A DNA stretch of 62,690 bases, the filler included, from Actinomycetota bacterium (GTDB lineage: Bacteria; Actinomycetota; CADDZG01; JAHWKV01; JAOPZY01), in NCBI GenBank assembly GCA_025963875.1. It is 5 parts of 5 records of this genome, joined end to end, with 100 filler letters (N's around TTAATTAATTAA, not from the genome) between each part and the next. Parts side by side here need not be neighbours in the genome. Positions count along the whole stretch, not along the records: positions 1 to 13,572 come from JAOPZY010000013.1; 4 more parts are not named here. One strand, 5' to 3'. Position numbers and translations under genes: made by a program. Below the pieces are notes generated by a model. The model worked only from the letters and a program-made list of their open reading frames with translations, had not been told where the DNA came from and did no database searches. Shown here one piece after another: positions 1 through 8,887 of the stretch. Numbering within the stretch: the first letter of the stretch is position 1; each line of letters begins with the position of its first letter.

Positions 1-7
1 GCGAGCC

Positions 8-634
8 CTATGCCCGCTTGGCAGCCTCTTCGTAGCGGCGGTTGACCTCGTCCCAGTTGACGACGTTCCAGAAGGCGTCGATGTACTCGGGCCGGCGGTT
101 CTGGTACTTGAGGTAGTAGGCGTGCTCCCAGACGTCGAGGCCCAGGACGGGGGTGTCCCCACCGATGAGCGGCGAGTCCTGGTTCGGCAGGCTGTAGATA
201 ACGAGCCGCTTGCCGACGGTGACCAACCATGTCCAGCCGCTGCCGAAGTGGTTCATGGCGACGGCGTTGAACTTGCCCTGGAACTCCTTGAAGGTGCCGA
301 AGGTGTCCTCGATCGCCTTGCCGATGGTGCCGCTGGGCTCACCGCCGCCGTCGGGGCCGATGATGGTCCACCACAGCGAGTGGTTGGCGTGGCCGCCACC
401 GTGGTTGCGGATCGGCGTCCGGTTGTCCTCGGGAACCTTCCCGAAGTTCCGCATGAGGTCGTCGACCGGCATGTTCTTCAGGTCGTTGTCGGAGAGTTGG
501 TCGAGGGCGGCGTTGAGCTTGTCCACGTAGGTCTGGTGGTGCTTGGTGTAGTGGATCTCCATCGTGCGCGCGTCGATGTAGGGTTCGAGCGCGTCGTACG
601 CGTAGGGCATCGGGGGCAGCTTGTGAATTCCCAT
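8..634 (-). CDS. sodA: Superoxide dismutase, Mn-type signature
   Basis: [14 protein letters not shown] N-terminus, [14 protein letters not shown] and DVWEHAYY motifs; GAGGAGG SD before ATG at 634. Confidence 0.95.
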   Translation of the reverse strand: MGIHKLPPMPYAYDALEPYIDARTMEIHYTKHHQTYVDKLNAALDQLSDNDLKNMPVDDLMRNFGKVPEDNRTPIRNHGGGHANHSLWWTIIGPDGGGEPSGTIGKAIEDTFGTFKEFQGKFNAVAMNHFGSGWTWLVTVGKRLVIYSLPNQDSPLIGGDTPVLGLDVWEHAYYLKYQNRRPEYIDAFWNVVNWDEVNRRYEEAAKRA

Positions 635-754
635 CTCAACACCTCCTCTTTGGTCGGGCCGTTCGGCCAATTCCTCTTCTCTGATCCGGCGCCTTGAGGG
701 GCGCCTCGGGCAACTTGACTTCGCTTCCTACAGGAACCTTACCCGGACGAGCGC

Positions 755-2026
755 TCAGGCCTGTCCGTCGAGCAGCCGCCGGTCCCGGAACAGGCTGACG
801 GTCACCTCCTCGCCGGCCTTCGCCACCGGCGTGCCGGCGGGGATGACCGCCAGGCCGTTGGCCCGGGACACCGTCGCCAGCAGGTGGGACGCGGGGCCGC
901 CCGTGGGCCGGGCCCGCCAGGCCCCGGGCGTCCCCGTGACGAGCACCCTGGAATAGCGGGTCTTCTCGGCTGGGCCGGCGACGTCCTCCTCCAGCACCGC
1001 CCTGATCTCGGGGCGGGTGAGCGAGCTGTGGCCCATCATCTTCAGCAGCGCCGGGCGGATGAACAGCTCGAAGGAGACGAACACCGAGACGGGGTTGCCG
1101 GGCAGGCCGAAGAACGGCTTGCCCTCCACCAGCCCGAACGCCTGGGGCGCCCCCGGCTGCATTGCCACCTTGTAGCGCTCGATGGTTCCGAGGCCCTCGA
1201 GGATCCGCTTCACCACGTCCCGCTGACCCACGGAGACCCCGCCGGAGGTGATGAAGACGTCGGCCTCGCCGAGGCCCTCCATGATGGCCGCCCGCAGCTC
1301 GTCCTCGTCGTCGGCGACGATGCCCAGCCGCAGGGGCACCGCCCCGGCCTCGGCGAGGTTGCCCCAGAGCGTGTAGGAGTTGGTGTCGGCGATCTGGCCG
1401 TACGCTGCCATCGCTCCAGGTTCGATGAGCTCGTCGCCGGTGGAGAGAACGGCGACCCTGACCCTGGGATGCACCAGCGCCCTCGGGTAGCCGGCGGAGG
1501 ACAGGACCCCGAGCTCGGGGCCCAGGAGCCGGCGCCCCGCCTTCACGACGACCTCCCCCCTGCGGAGGTCCTGGCCGACGGGCCGGACGAACGACCCCAC
1601 CTCGAACTCCTTCAGGATCCGGATGGTGTCGCCGTCCTCCTCGACCTCCTCGATGGGGGCGATGCAGTCCGACCCCTCGGGTATGGGGGCGCCGGTGGCG
1701 ATCCACACCGTTTCGCCCGGCCCGACGGGGTCCTTGGGAGGATGGCCGATGGGGGCCTCGCCGACCTTGCGGAGGGCCACCGGGCTCCCCGGCGATGCCC
1801 CCCGGATGTCCTCGGCCCTCACCGCGTAGCCGTCCATCGCCGACGAGGGGAAGGTGGGGATGTCGTAGCGGGCGGCGACGTCGGTGGCAAGGACGCAGCC
1901 CCACGCCTCCAGCAGAGGCAGCTCGACAGGTGGCAGCGGCGTGACCTCGTCCATGATCCGGCCCTGCGCCTCCTCGACGGAGTACAGGGAGCGGGCGAGG
2001 TCCTGCGGGAGCACGGCGCTGCTCAC
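755..2026 (-). CDS. moeA: Molybdopterin molybdotransferase MoeA
   Basis: SAMDGYAV, STGDEL, SGGVSVG and GLPGNPVS motifs; GTG start overlaps the upstream stop (GTGA). Confidence 0.93.
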   Translation of the reverse strand: MSSAVLPQDLARSLYSVEEAQGRIMDEVTPLPPVELPLLEAWGCVLATDVAARYDIPTFPSSAMDGYAVRAEDIRGASPGSPVALRKVGEAPIGHPPKDPVGPGETVWIATGAPIPEGSDCIAPIEEVEEDGDTIRILKEFEVGSFVRPVGQDLRRGEVVVKAGRRLLGPELGVLSSAGYPRALVHPRVRVAVLSTGDELIEPGAMAAYGQIADTNSYTLWGNLAEAGAVPLRLGIVADDEDELRAAIMEGLGEADVFITSGGVSVGQRDVVKRILEGLGTIERYKVAMQPGAPQAFGLVEGKPFFGLPGNPVSVFVSFELFIRPALLKMMGHSSLTRPEIRAVLEEDVAGPAEKTRYSRVLVTGTPGAWRARPTGGPASHLLATVSRANGLAVIPAGTPVAKAGEEVTVSLFRDRRLLDGQA

Positions 2027-2724
2027 GTCGGGACCTCCGCATGCTCGGCGGGCTGGTCGACGCCGATCCAGCGGTCCCCACCCGGACCGATCTCCTTCTT
2101 CCATACCGGCACCCGGCGCTTCACCTCGTCGATCCCGTAGCGAGCCGCCTCGAATGCCTCCTGGCGGTGCGGGGCCGAGCAGGCGATGATCACCGTCTGG
2201 TCGCCGACGGCGAGGTCGCCCACCCGGTGCAGGATGCAGACTGCGGTGAGCGGCCACCGCTCGGCTGCCTCTTCGGCCACCCTCCGCAGCATCGTCTCGG
2301 CCATCTCCCGGTAGATCGAGTAGCTCAGCTGGTTCACCTCGCCCCAGCCCTCCGACTGCTCCCGGACCGTGCCCACGAACACCACGGTGCCGCCGGCCCC
2401 GGGGTCGGCGACGAGCTCCATGACCTCGTCGATGGGCACGGCCTCGGTGCGGACTCCGGTGGTGATCTTCGCCGTGCCGGCGCCGCCGGCGACCGGCGGG
2501 AGGAGCGCCACCTCGTCGTCGGGGGCCAGGATGCGGTCGAACCCGGTGGTCTCGAGATTGACGGCCACGGACACGCGGTCCAGGATCGGCCCGGCCTCGG
2601 GGTACTCGGCGGCGACCCACCGGAGCACCGCACCGGCGGTCGCGTTCTCGGGCAGGTCCAGGAATTGCTCGTGGACGCCCGTCGTGGCCGACAGGGCTCC
2701 GAACATGAGCAAACGGACCTTCAT
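2023..2724 (-). CDS. Fused molybdopterin synthase MoaD-MoaE (MoaX-like)
   Basis: N-terminal ThiS/MoaD fold ending LLPPVAGG, then MoaE motifs GTVR, HRVGDL, SAPHR and VPVWKKE. Confidence 0.9.
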   Translation of the reverse strand: MKVRLLMFGALSATTGVHEQFLDLPENATAGAVLRWVAAEYPEAGPILDRVSVAVNLETTGFDRILAPDDEVALLPPVAGGAGTAKITTGVRTEAVPIDEVMELVADPGAGGTVVFVGTVREQSEGWGEVNQLSYSIYREMAETMLRRVAEEAAERWPLTAVCILHRVGDLAVGDQTVIIACSAPHRQEAFEAARYGIDEVKRRVPVWKKEIGPGGDRWIGVDQPAEHAEVPT

Positions 2725-2761
2725 CGCGGGCCCATCATAAGACGGGGGTCCAAATCGCTCG

Positions 2762-4168
2762 TCACCGACTCGTCCTGGTGTCGATCCAACCGCCTGGCCG
2801 GCCGGTCCGGGCCGCCATGAGGCCCCCGAGGATCGAGAGGGCGATCTCCGGCGGTGTCTTGGCGCCGATGTTGAGGCCCACCGGCGACTGGATCTGCGCC
2901 ACCTGGTCGTCCGGCACGCCCATCTTCCGCAGCGCCGCCAGGTGACCGCCGGTGTGGCGGGCGCTGCCCATGATGCCGACGAAACGGGGCTTGTGGTCGA
3001 GCAGGGTGGCGACCTGCTGGGAGACGTCGGGGGCGTCGTGGTCGGTGGCCACGACTTCCATCTCCCCCGCCGGACTCTGCCCGATCTCCCCGGCATCGGC
3101 GAGCACCCGGGTCGCCGCGCTGCGATGCTCGGCGGTGACCCAGTCCGACCGGGATTCCACCAGCACGGTCTCGTAGCCGAGGTCCTTCCCCCAGCGCAGC
3201 AGCCAGAGGGCGATCGGCGTCGCCGCCAGGACGACGAGCTGCGGCCGGTGCAGGTACGGCTCCAGATAGACCTCGACCGAACCGAGGTCGTGGTGGTAGG
3301 TGCGCAGGATCGGACGCCCGGTGGCAAGCACGCCGGCGGCATCGGCGGCGGCCGAGACGTCGAACTCCGAGCAGCCGAGCGTTCCGGAGAGCGGGCCGCC
3401 GGCGCCGAGGAGCAGCTTCTGACCCGGTTGGCACGGCGGGGCTCCGTCGGTGCGGATGGCGGTGGCCAGCAGCACCTGCTGCCCACCGGCGAGTTGCTTC
3501 GCAAGGTCGAGCGTGACGTCGGAGGGGCCGACGCCGACGCTCGTCAGGGCGTCCCGGGCCTGGCGCTCCCTGGCGGCGGCGATTTCCCCGGGCGACGGGT
3601 CGCCGTGGTCGTGGGCCCCGTGGTCGTGGGCCCCTTGTCCTGCCGCTGCGATCCCCTCGCTGTCGGGCGTCGCCGCCTCGGCCTGCACGTGCTCGGTGTG
3701 GCCCGACAGCAGCTCCAGCACATGGGGCACCACGCCCATGACGCTCTCCAGGCTCTCCACCGCGCCCTTCGGGCTGCCGGGGAGGTTCAGCACCAGGGCC
3801 TCGCCGACGACGCCGGTGCGGCCACGGGAGATGATCGCCATCGGGCTGACCTGCCGACCGACCGCCCGCATCGTCTCGGCCAGGCCCGGAGCCTCCCGGG
3901 TGAGGACCGCCTTGGTGGCCTCCGGCGTGACATCGCGGGGGCCGAAGCCCGTGCCGCCGGTGGTCACCACGAGATTGGCCGCGGCCGCCATCCGGCGTAG
4001 GGCCGCCTCGATCTCGGGGACCTCGTCCGCGACGACTGCCGTCTCGGCGATCTCGAAGCCCGACTTGGTGAGCAGCTCCGCCAACGCCCGGCCCGAGTTG
4101 TCGGTCCGGGTCCCGTGGAAGACCCCGTCGCTCACGGTGAGGATGGCGGCCCGACGTACCTGGCCCAT
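2762..4168 (-). CDS. MoaB/MogA domain fused through a His-rich linker to an XdhC/CoxI-family domain
   Basis: ILTVSD, GGTGFGPRDVTPEAT and NLPGSPK (Mog/MoaB); GTLGC, FVGIMGS and SPVGLNIGAKTPPEIALSI (XdhC). Confidence 0.88.
   Translation of the reverse strand: MGQVRRAAILTVSDGVFHGTRTDNSGRALAELLTKSGFEIAETAVVADEVPEIEAALRRMAAAANLVVTTGGTGFGPRDVTPEATKAVLTREAPGLAETMRAVGRQVSPMAIISRGRTGVVGEALVLNLPGSPKGAVESLESVMGVVPHVLELLSGHTEHVQAEAATPDSEGIAAAGQGAHDHGAHDHGDPSPGEIAAARERQARDALTSVGVGPSDVTLDLAKQLAGGQQVLLATAIRTDGAPPCQPGQKLLLGAGGPLSGTLGCSEFDVSAAADAAGVLATGRPILRTYHHDLGSVEVYLEPYLHRPQLVVLAATPIALWLLRWGKDLGYETVLVESRSDWVTAEHRSAATRVLADAGEIGQSPAGEMEVVATDHDAPDVSQQVATLLDHKPRFVGIMGSARHTGGHLAALRKMGVPDDQVAQIQSPVGLNIGAKTPPEIALSILGGLMAARTGRPGGWIDTRTSR
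3603..3632. repeat. 2 x 15-bp tandem repeat encoding (GAHDH)2
   Basis: ccgtggtcgtgggcc occurs twice in tandem. Confidence 0.9.
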
Positions 4169-4491
4169 TGGACACCCCTTTTTATTGCTTCCTTATTAGT
4201 TTGCCTCTGTGCCCACCGAGAAACTTCCATCCGACCATCCGGCGGGCAGGTGAGCAGGGCATCATACGCACGACCTGGCACCTCCATGTCAGTTCGAGGA
4301 AGGACGGGGGTATATTTCGAGTATGTATCCACGCCGCCCGACCGATCGGGGGGGTGGTTCCGCCTCCGGCTCCTCGAGAAGCGCTGGTAGCAACTGGGGA
4401 TCTGGGGGATCTATAGAGAAATGGCCGACATAAAATTGATGCCAGGGGAGAGGGGTTCAGATTGAGCGAGAGCGACGGAAGGGCGAAGGGG

Positions 4492-5361
4492 ATGGAGATT
4501 CCGGAGACGGTTGAGGACCTTGCTGACATTCTGCTGGACCAGAACTACCTGGCCGACCGCGGCCTGGCGACCGCAACCTACCTGGCCCTTTGCCTTGGAC
4601 GTCCACTTCTGCTCGAAGGTGAGGCCGGCGTCGGCAAGACCGAGCTTGCCAAGGCAATTGCGTCGGCGTTCGGGCTGCAGCTCATCCGCCTGCAGTGCTA
4701 CGAGGGCATCGACGCCAACCAGGCCCTCTATGAGTGGGACTACACCCGGCAGCTCCTGTACGTCCGCACCCTCACCGAGGCTGCCCTGAGCGAGAAGACG
4801 GCGATCGACGACATCTTTGGCCCCCGCTTCCTGGTGGAACGCCCGCTCCTCAAGGCGATCAAGGCCGGCGACCGAGCGGTGCTGCTGATCGACGAAATCG
4901 ACCGCGCCGACGACGAGTTCGAGGCCTTCCTCCTCGAGGTGCTCTCCGACTTCCAGGTAACGATCCCCGAGCTGGGCACCGTCAAGTGCAAGCGTCCCCC
5001 GGTGGTCGTCCTCACGTCCAACCGGACCCGCGAGCTGCACGACGCCCTCAAGCGCCGTTGCCTCTTCCACTGGATCGACTACCCCAAGCTGGAGCGCGAG
5101 GTCGAGATCGTCCGTGCCCGTGCCCCCGAGATTCCCGAGGAGCTCGCCCGCCAGGTGTCCAAGGCGGTCCAGAACCTCCGCAAGATGGACCTGCAGAAGC
5201 GCCCCGGCGTCGCAGAGACCCTCGACTGGGCCCGAGCGCTCGACTTCCTCGGCGCAGAGCGCATGGACGCCAACGTCACCACCGCGACGCTCGGCTCGGT
5301 GCTCAAGGACCGTGACGACATCGACCAGGTGAAGAACAACCTCTCCGGAGTGATCGGCTAG
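4492..5361 (+). CDS. coxD: MoxR-type AAA+ ATPase, CoxD family
   Basis: Walker A GEAGVGKT, RLQCYEG, LLIDEIDR and LHDALKRRC; next to a VWA gene and coxMSL. Confidence 0.9.
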   Translation: MEIPETVEDLADILLDQNYLADRGLATATYLALCLGRPLLLEGEAGVGKTELAKAIASAFGLQLIRLQCYEGIDANQALYEWDYTRQLLYVRTLTEAALSEKTAIDDIFGPRFLVERPLLKAIKAGDRAVLLIDEIDRADDEFEAFLLEVLSDFQVTIPELGTVKCKRPPVVVLTSNRTRELHDALKRRCLFHWIDYPKLEREVEIVRARAPEIPEELARQVSKAVQNLRKMDLQKRPGVAETLDWARALDFLGAERMDANVTTATLGSVLKDRDDIDQVKNNLSGVIG

Positions 5362-6509
5362 TGGCCGCAGACCAGGGTCTTCTCTCCGTCCTGGTCGGGT
5401 TCGGCCGCGCGCTGCGGGACGAGGGCGTCGTCGTTGGGACCGGGTCCGTCCTCGGCTATGCCGACTCCATGACGCTGCTCGACCCCACGGAGCTGCTCGA
5501 CCTGTACCACGCGGGGAAGGCCACGATGCTCACCCGCCACATCGACCAGCCGACCTACGACAAGGTGTTCAAGTCCTATTTTCTGGCGGACAGCGGCCCG
5601 CTCCAGCACCTGCTCAAGATGAAGGTGCATCTCGACCCCGAGGCCGAAACGGAGTTCGAGGTGTTGACCCAGCCGGAGGCCGGCCAGGAGAAGCAGTTCG
5701 ACGCTCCCACCGGGCTCATGGGGTCGAACATGGAGGTGCTGCGGCACAAGCGCTTCGCCGAGATGACGGACGAGGAGAAGGCGGCGCTTCGCAAGCTGAT
5801 GCAGAAGTTCAAGTTCCTCCCGCCGAAGCGCCGCACGCGGCGCACGGTGGCGAACGACCGCGGCATCCGCCCCGACCTGCGCCGGACCATCCGGGCAGCG
5901 ATGCGCCGCCACGGCGAGATCGTCGACCAGCACTGGCGGGAGCGACGGGTCCGCCGGCGCAAGGTGATTCTCATCCTCGACATTTCCGGGTCCATGGCCG
6001 ACTACTCCCGGGCGCTCATGCACTTCGGGTACGCGGCGGCCCGGGCCGCGGTCGGGACGACGGCATCCGCCAAGCTGGTCGAGGTCTTCTGCTTCGGTAC
6101 CCGGCTTTCCCGGATCACCCAGGAGATGCAGAAGCGGGATCCCGACGTCGCCTTCGATGCCGCCGCCAAGGCGGTCTTCGACTGGGAGGGCGGGACGCGC
6201 ATCGGCGAGTCGCTCGACAAGTTCGTCTCCGAATGGGGACGTCGGGGGATGTGCCGGGGCGCCATCGTGGTCATCTGTTCCGACGGCCTCGACCGGGGAG
6301 ACCCAGCCGTGCTGGCCGAGGCGATGGAGCGGCTGTCACGCCTCTGCCATAAGCTCATATGGATGAATCCCCTGAAGGGCGACGAAGAGGAGTTCCAGGC
6401 ACGTTCCGTCGGCATGCTCATCGCCAAGCCGTTCGTGGACGAGCTGCTGTCCGGTCATGACCTGGCCAGCCTCGAGAAGCTCGCGCTCGTCCTTCCGAAA
6501 CTGGGCTAA
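5361..6509 (+). CDS. coxE: VWA-domain protein, CoxE family
   Basis: MIDAS DISGSM, GGTRIG, SDGLDRG and WMNPL; coupled to coxD. Confidence 0.9.
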   Translation: MAADQGLLSVLVGFGRALRDEGVVVGTGSVLGYADSMTLLDPTELLDLYHAGKATMLTRHIDQPTYDKVFKSYFLADSGPLQHLLKMKVHLDPEAETEFEVLTQPEAGQEKQFDAPTGLMGSNMEVLRHKRFAEMTDEEKAALRKLMQKFKFLPPKRRTRRTVANDRGIRPDLRRTIRAAMRRHGEIVDQHWRERRVRRRKVILILDISGSMADYSRALMHFGYAAARAAVGTTASAKLVEVFCFGTRLSRITQEMQKRDPDVAFDAAAKAVFDWEGGTRIGESLDKFVSEWGRRGMCRGAIVVICSDGLDRGDPAVLAEAMERLSRLCHKLIWMNPLKGDEEEFQARSVGMLIAKPFVDELLSGHDLASLEKLALVLPKLG

Positions 6510-6538
6510 GCGCTCGCGAGAACGAGGAGGGCGAAAAA

Positions 6539-6841
6539 ATGGGAATCGAGATCGCATGGAGTGTCGGCGTGGAGGCCACGGGCGACCGGATCCTGCCGAC
6601 GGAACAGATCGTGGAGCTCGCCGACGCAGTCGCCCCCCGGGGCGGCTCGGCGAGCGGCATCGGGACGAACTCCTACGGTGCCACCTTCCTGGTGTACGCG
6701 GAAGACCGTGAGAAGGCCATCGCCAAGGCGAAGGAACTCTTCCAGATGGCTGCGCAGACCGCCAACATGCCCGACTGGGGCATCACCCGGGTGGAAGCCG
6801 AGAGCGAAGCGGACGTCGAGATCGAGCCCGGCTTCCCCTGA
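6539..6841 (+). CDS. Hypothetical protein (100 aa)
   Basis: GAGGAGG SD, GC3-rich codons, directly follows coxE. Confidence 0.75.
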   Translation: MGIEIAWSVGVEATGDRILPTEQIVELADAVAPRGGSASGIGTNSYGATFLVYAEDREKAIAKAKELFQMAAQTANMPDWGITRVEAESEADVEIEPGFP

Positions 6842-6889
6842 GAGAGAGACAGGGGGGTCCAGGGGGAGTAGCAGCAGCCCCCCGGAAAA

Positions 6890-7210
6890 CTAACGCCCGA
6901 TTGCCGGGTGGCCCGTCGGGGAGCCTTCGCCGGTGGCTTCCGCCTCGGGGCTCAGTTTCGCCGCCGTTGCCTCCGCGGTACGGGCGCGGGTCATGATCGA
7001 GCGGAACTCCTGGTTGGAGGCGAGCCTGGAATCGACCTTGGTCTTCACCATGTCGGCGCCCTTCCAGGGGGACTGCCAGTTCTTCAGGACCTCTTCCTCC
7101 GTGGCCGCACGGATCTCCTCCATGCGCTTGTGGAGGCCCTCGACCTCGGTGCGCAGTGACTCCAGTTCCTGACTGCTCTCCGGATCCTGTTCGGCCTGCT
7201 CTTCACTCAT
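6890..7210 (-). CDS. Hypothetical coiled-coil protein (106 aa)
   Basis: Heptad-like ELESLRTEVEGLHKRMEEIR, typical codon usage, GAGG SD. Confidence 0.7.
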   Translation of the reverse strand: MSEEQAEQDPESSQELESLRTEVEGLHKRMEEIRAATEEEVLKNWQSPWKGADMVKTKVDSRLASNQEFRSIMTRARTAEATAAKLSPEAEATGEGSPTGHPAIGR

Positions 7211-7373
7211 CGTCCTCGCTCCCCACTCTCCACAGTCGTTGTCTCACCTTCCCACAGATCCGAAGGTTATCCACTTGCCCTTCGTGTGCATAACATGGGG
7301 GGGTGGTCCAGAATAGGGGGCCGCTCGGGATGCAACTCCGTCCCGCCCGCCACCGTCGGAAGGGGTCACCACA

Positions 7374-7853
7374 ATGATTCGTCTCGGAAGCCTCGCAGGC
7401 TACTCGTTCGAAGGTCCCTACACCCTGGCGGGCTGGAACCCCATCGACTCACCGGGTGTGTACGCCATCATGTACAAGCAGGAAGGGGACAAGAAGGACA
7501 ACTACGCCGTCGTCTACGTCGGCCATACCGACAACTTCACCGAGGAGGGCTTCCCCCTCAAGCACCCGGCGTCCCCCTGCTGGGTCGAGCGGGCCGGGAC
7601 GCAGTGGAAGCTCTTCATCGCCTTCTTCATCCCGCCGGGCGGGGCCACCCGCTCCATCCGGGCCGGCATCGCCACCGAGCTCAACGCGATCTACCAGCCG
7701 ATCTGCAACGAGGAGCAGTACGTCCAGCACTGGGAAGAGGAGTGGATCGGGGACTACGAGTCCAACCTCACCAAGAAGCTGATGCTCTCGACCGACGCCG
7801 ACGTGCACAAGCAGAGCGCCGACCCAGCGGGACGACGCCAGAAGGATCGGTAA
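7374..7853 (+). CDS. Hypothetical protein with a degenerate GIY-YIG-like motif
   Basis: GVYAI...VYVGHT and C-terminal YQPICN pattern; GC3-rich codons. Confidence 0.7.
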   Translation: MIRLGSLAGYSFEGPYTLAGWNPIDSPGVYAIMYKQEGDKKDNYAVVYVGHTDNFTEEGFPLKHPASPCWVERAGTQWKLFIAFFIPPGGATRSIRAGIATELNAIYQPICNEEQYVQHWEEEWIGDYESNLTKKLMLSTDADVHKQSADPAGRRQKDR

Positions 7854-7907
7854 GCGGCGCCCCACGAGCCACTAGCCGTTCCGTCCGGTTTGCGGTTGCT
7901 GTGAGCA

Positions 7908-7955
7908 AACTGTGTTTGTCACACCGCGAATTAGCGCGGTAGAACAAACAAAGTT
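7908..7955. promoter_or_regulatory. Long imperfect inverted repeat upstream of the cox transcription unit
   Basis: aactgtgtttgt..accgcg / cgcggt..acaaacaaagtt. Confidence 0.5.
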
Positions 7956-8052
7956 CCCTTCAAGAACGGGCTAAACGCCCGAACCCAGGCCTTCCAGGCC
8001 TTTGAGCCTAAGCGGAGTTGACTAGCGCGGCGGCGCAGGCGTACATTTGCCG

Positions 8053-8082
8053 TTGTCCGTTTCGCCGAGAAGCGCGTAGAAT
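8053..8082 (+). promoter_or_regulatory. Putative sigma70-type promoter
   Basis: TTGTCC-N18-TAGAAT upstream of ORF 8395 and coxMSL. Confidence 0.4.
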
Positions 8083-8394
8083 GATTTCGCAACCGGGTTG
8101 GGGGTCATCCGGCACCGGTGGGGGAAACTCGTTGGGTGCATGGTCGCGCTGTCTGATCGACCTGAAGTGTCTGTATTTGATGGCCAGCCACGGCGACCGC
8201 GTCGCCGGTTCGGCGCCTCTCTCTGCCATCGCTCCTTCTCCTTCTTCTCCTTCTTCTCCGTCGCATACGACGCTGGATCGCTTGAAGCGGGATCGCTTCC
8301 CAGCGTGCGCTTGACGCAGCACAGGGTTCCAAGTTGTTCGAGATGGTGATTGCTTCAACGGGGATATGGCAACAGGGAAAGGGGTGGTGTCGCA

Positions 8395-8802
8395 GTGGCT
8401 GAGGGTAGAGGCAACCCGCGGATCTTCGAACTGATCGAAGGTGCGCCGAAGGTGAACAAGGATCCGACGAGCCCGACCATCTGGGCCTGGCCGGAAGTGG
8501 TCGACATGCTGAAGATCGCGGGTCAGCCCGTGCCCGGCCCGTGGCCACCCCACCAGGTGCCACGTCCCGACCCGGCTCCCGAGGAGATCCCGATCGCGGT
8601 GCCCGAGAAGCGGCAGCCGTCGAGCCAGCGGCCCCGCAACCTGAAGGCCGACGACACGATCGAGGGGATCGAGTACACGGACGAGCCCGCAGGTCGGAGG
8701 GCAGCGGCGAGGCCGGCCGCAGCCGCGCCGGCCGAGGACGCGCCTGCGGCAGACGAAGAGGGCGGTGCGCGGCGGCGGCGTGGCGGCCGGTACCTCTCGT
8801 AG
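8395..8802 (+). CDS. Hypothetical Pro/Ala-rich protein directly upstream of coxM
   Basis: GTG start after a purine-rich SD; GC3-rich codons. Confidence 0.65.
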   Translation: MAEGRGNPRIFELIEGAPKVNKDPTSPTIWAWPEVVDMLKIAGQPVPGPWPPHQVPRPDPAPEEIPIAVPEKRQPSSQRPRNLKADDTIEGIEYTDEPAGRRAAARPAAAAPAEDAPAADEEGGARRRRGGRYLS

Positions 8803-8887
8803 TTCGGGATCGTCGATCAGCTTCGAAGCCGCACCGGCGCTCGGCGCCACACACGTATAGGACTTCGGGCACTTAAAGGAGGGCAGT

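Noticed and set aside
8180..8314. 44-aa Ser/Pro-rich ORF upstream of the cox genes
   Set aside because: No SD and atypical codons; the low complexity comes from the pyrimidine repeat
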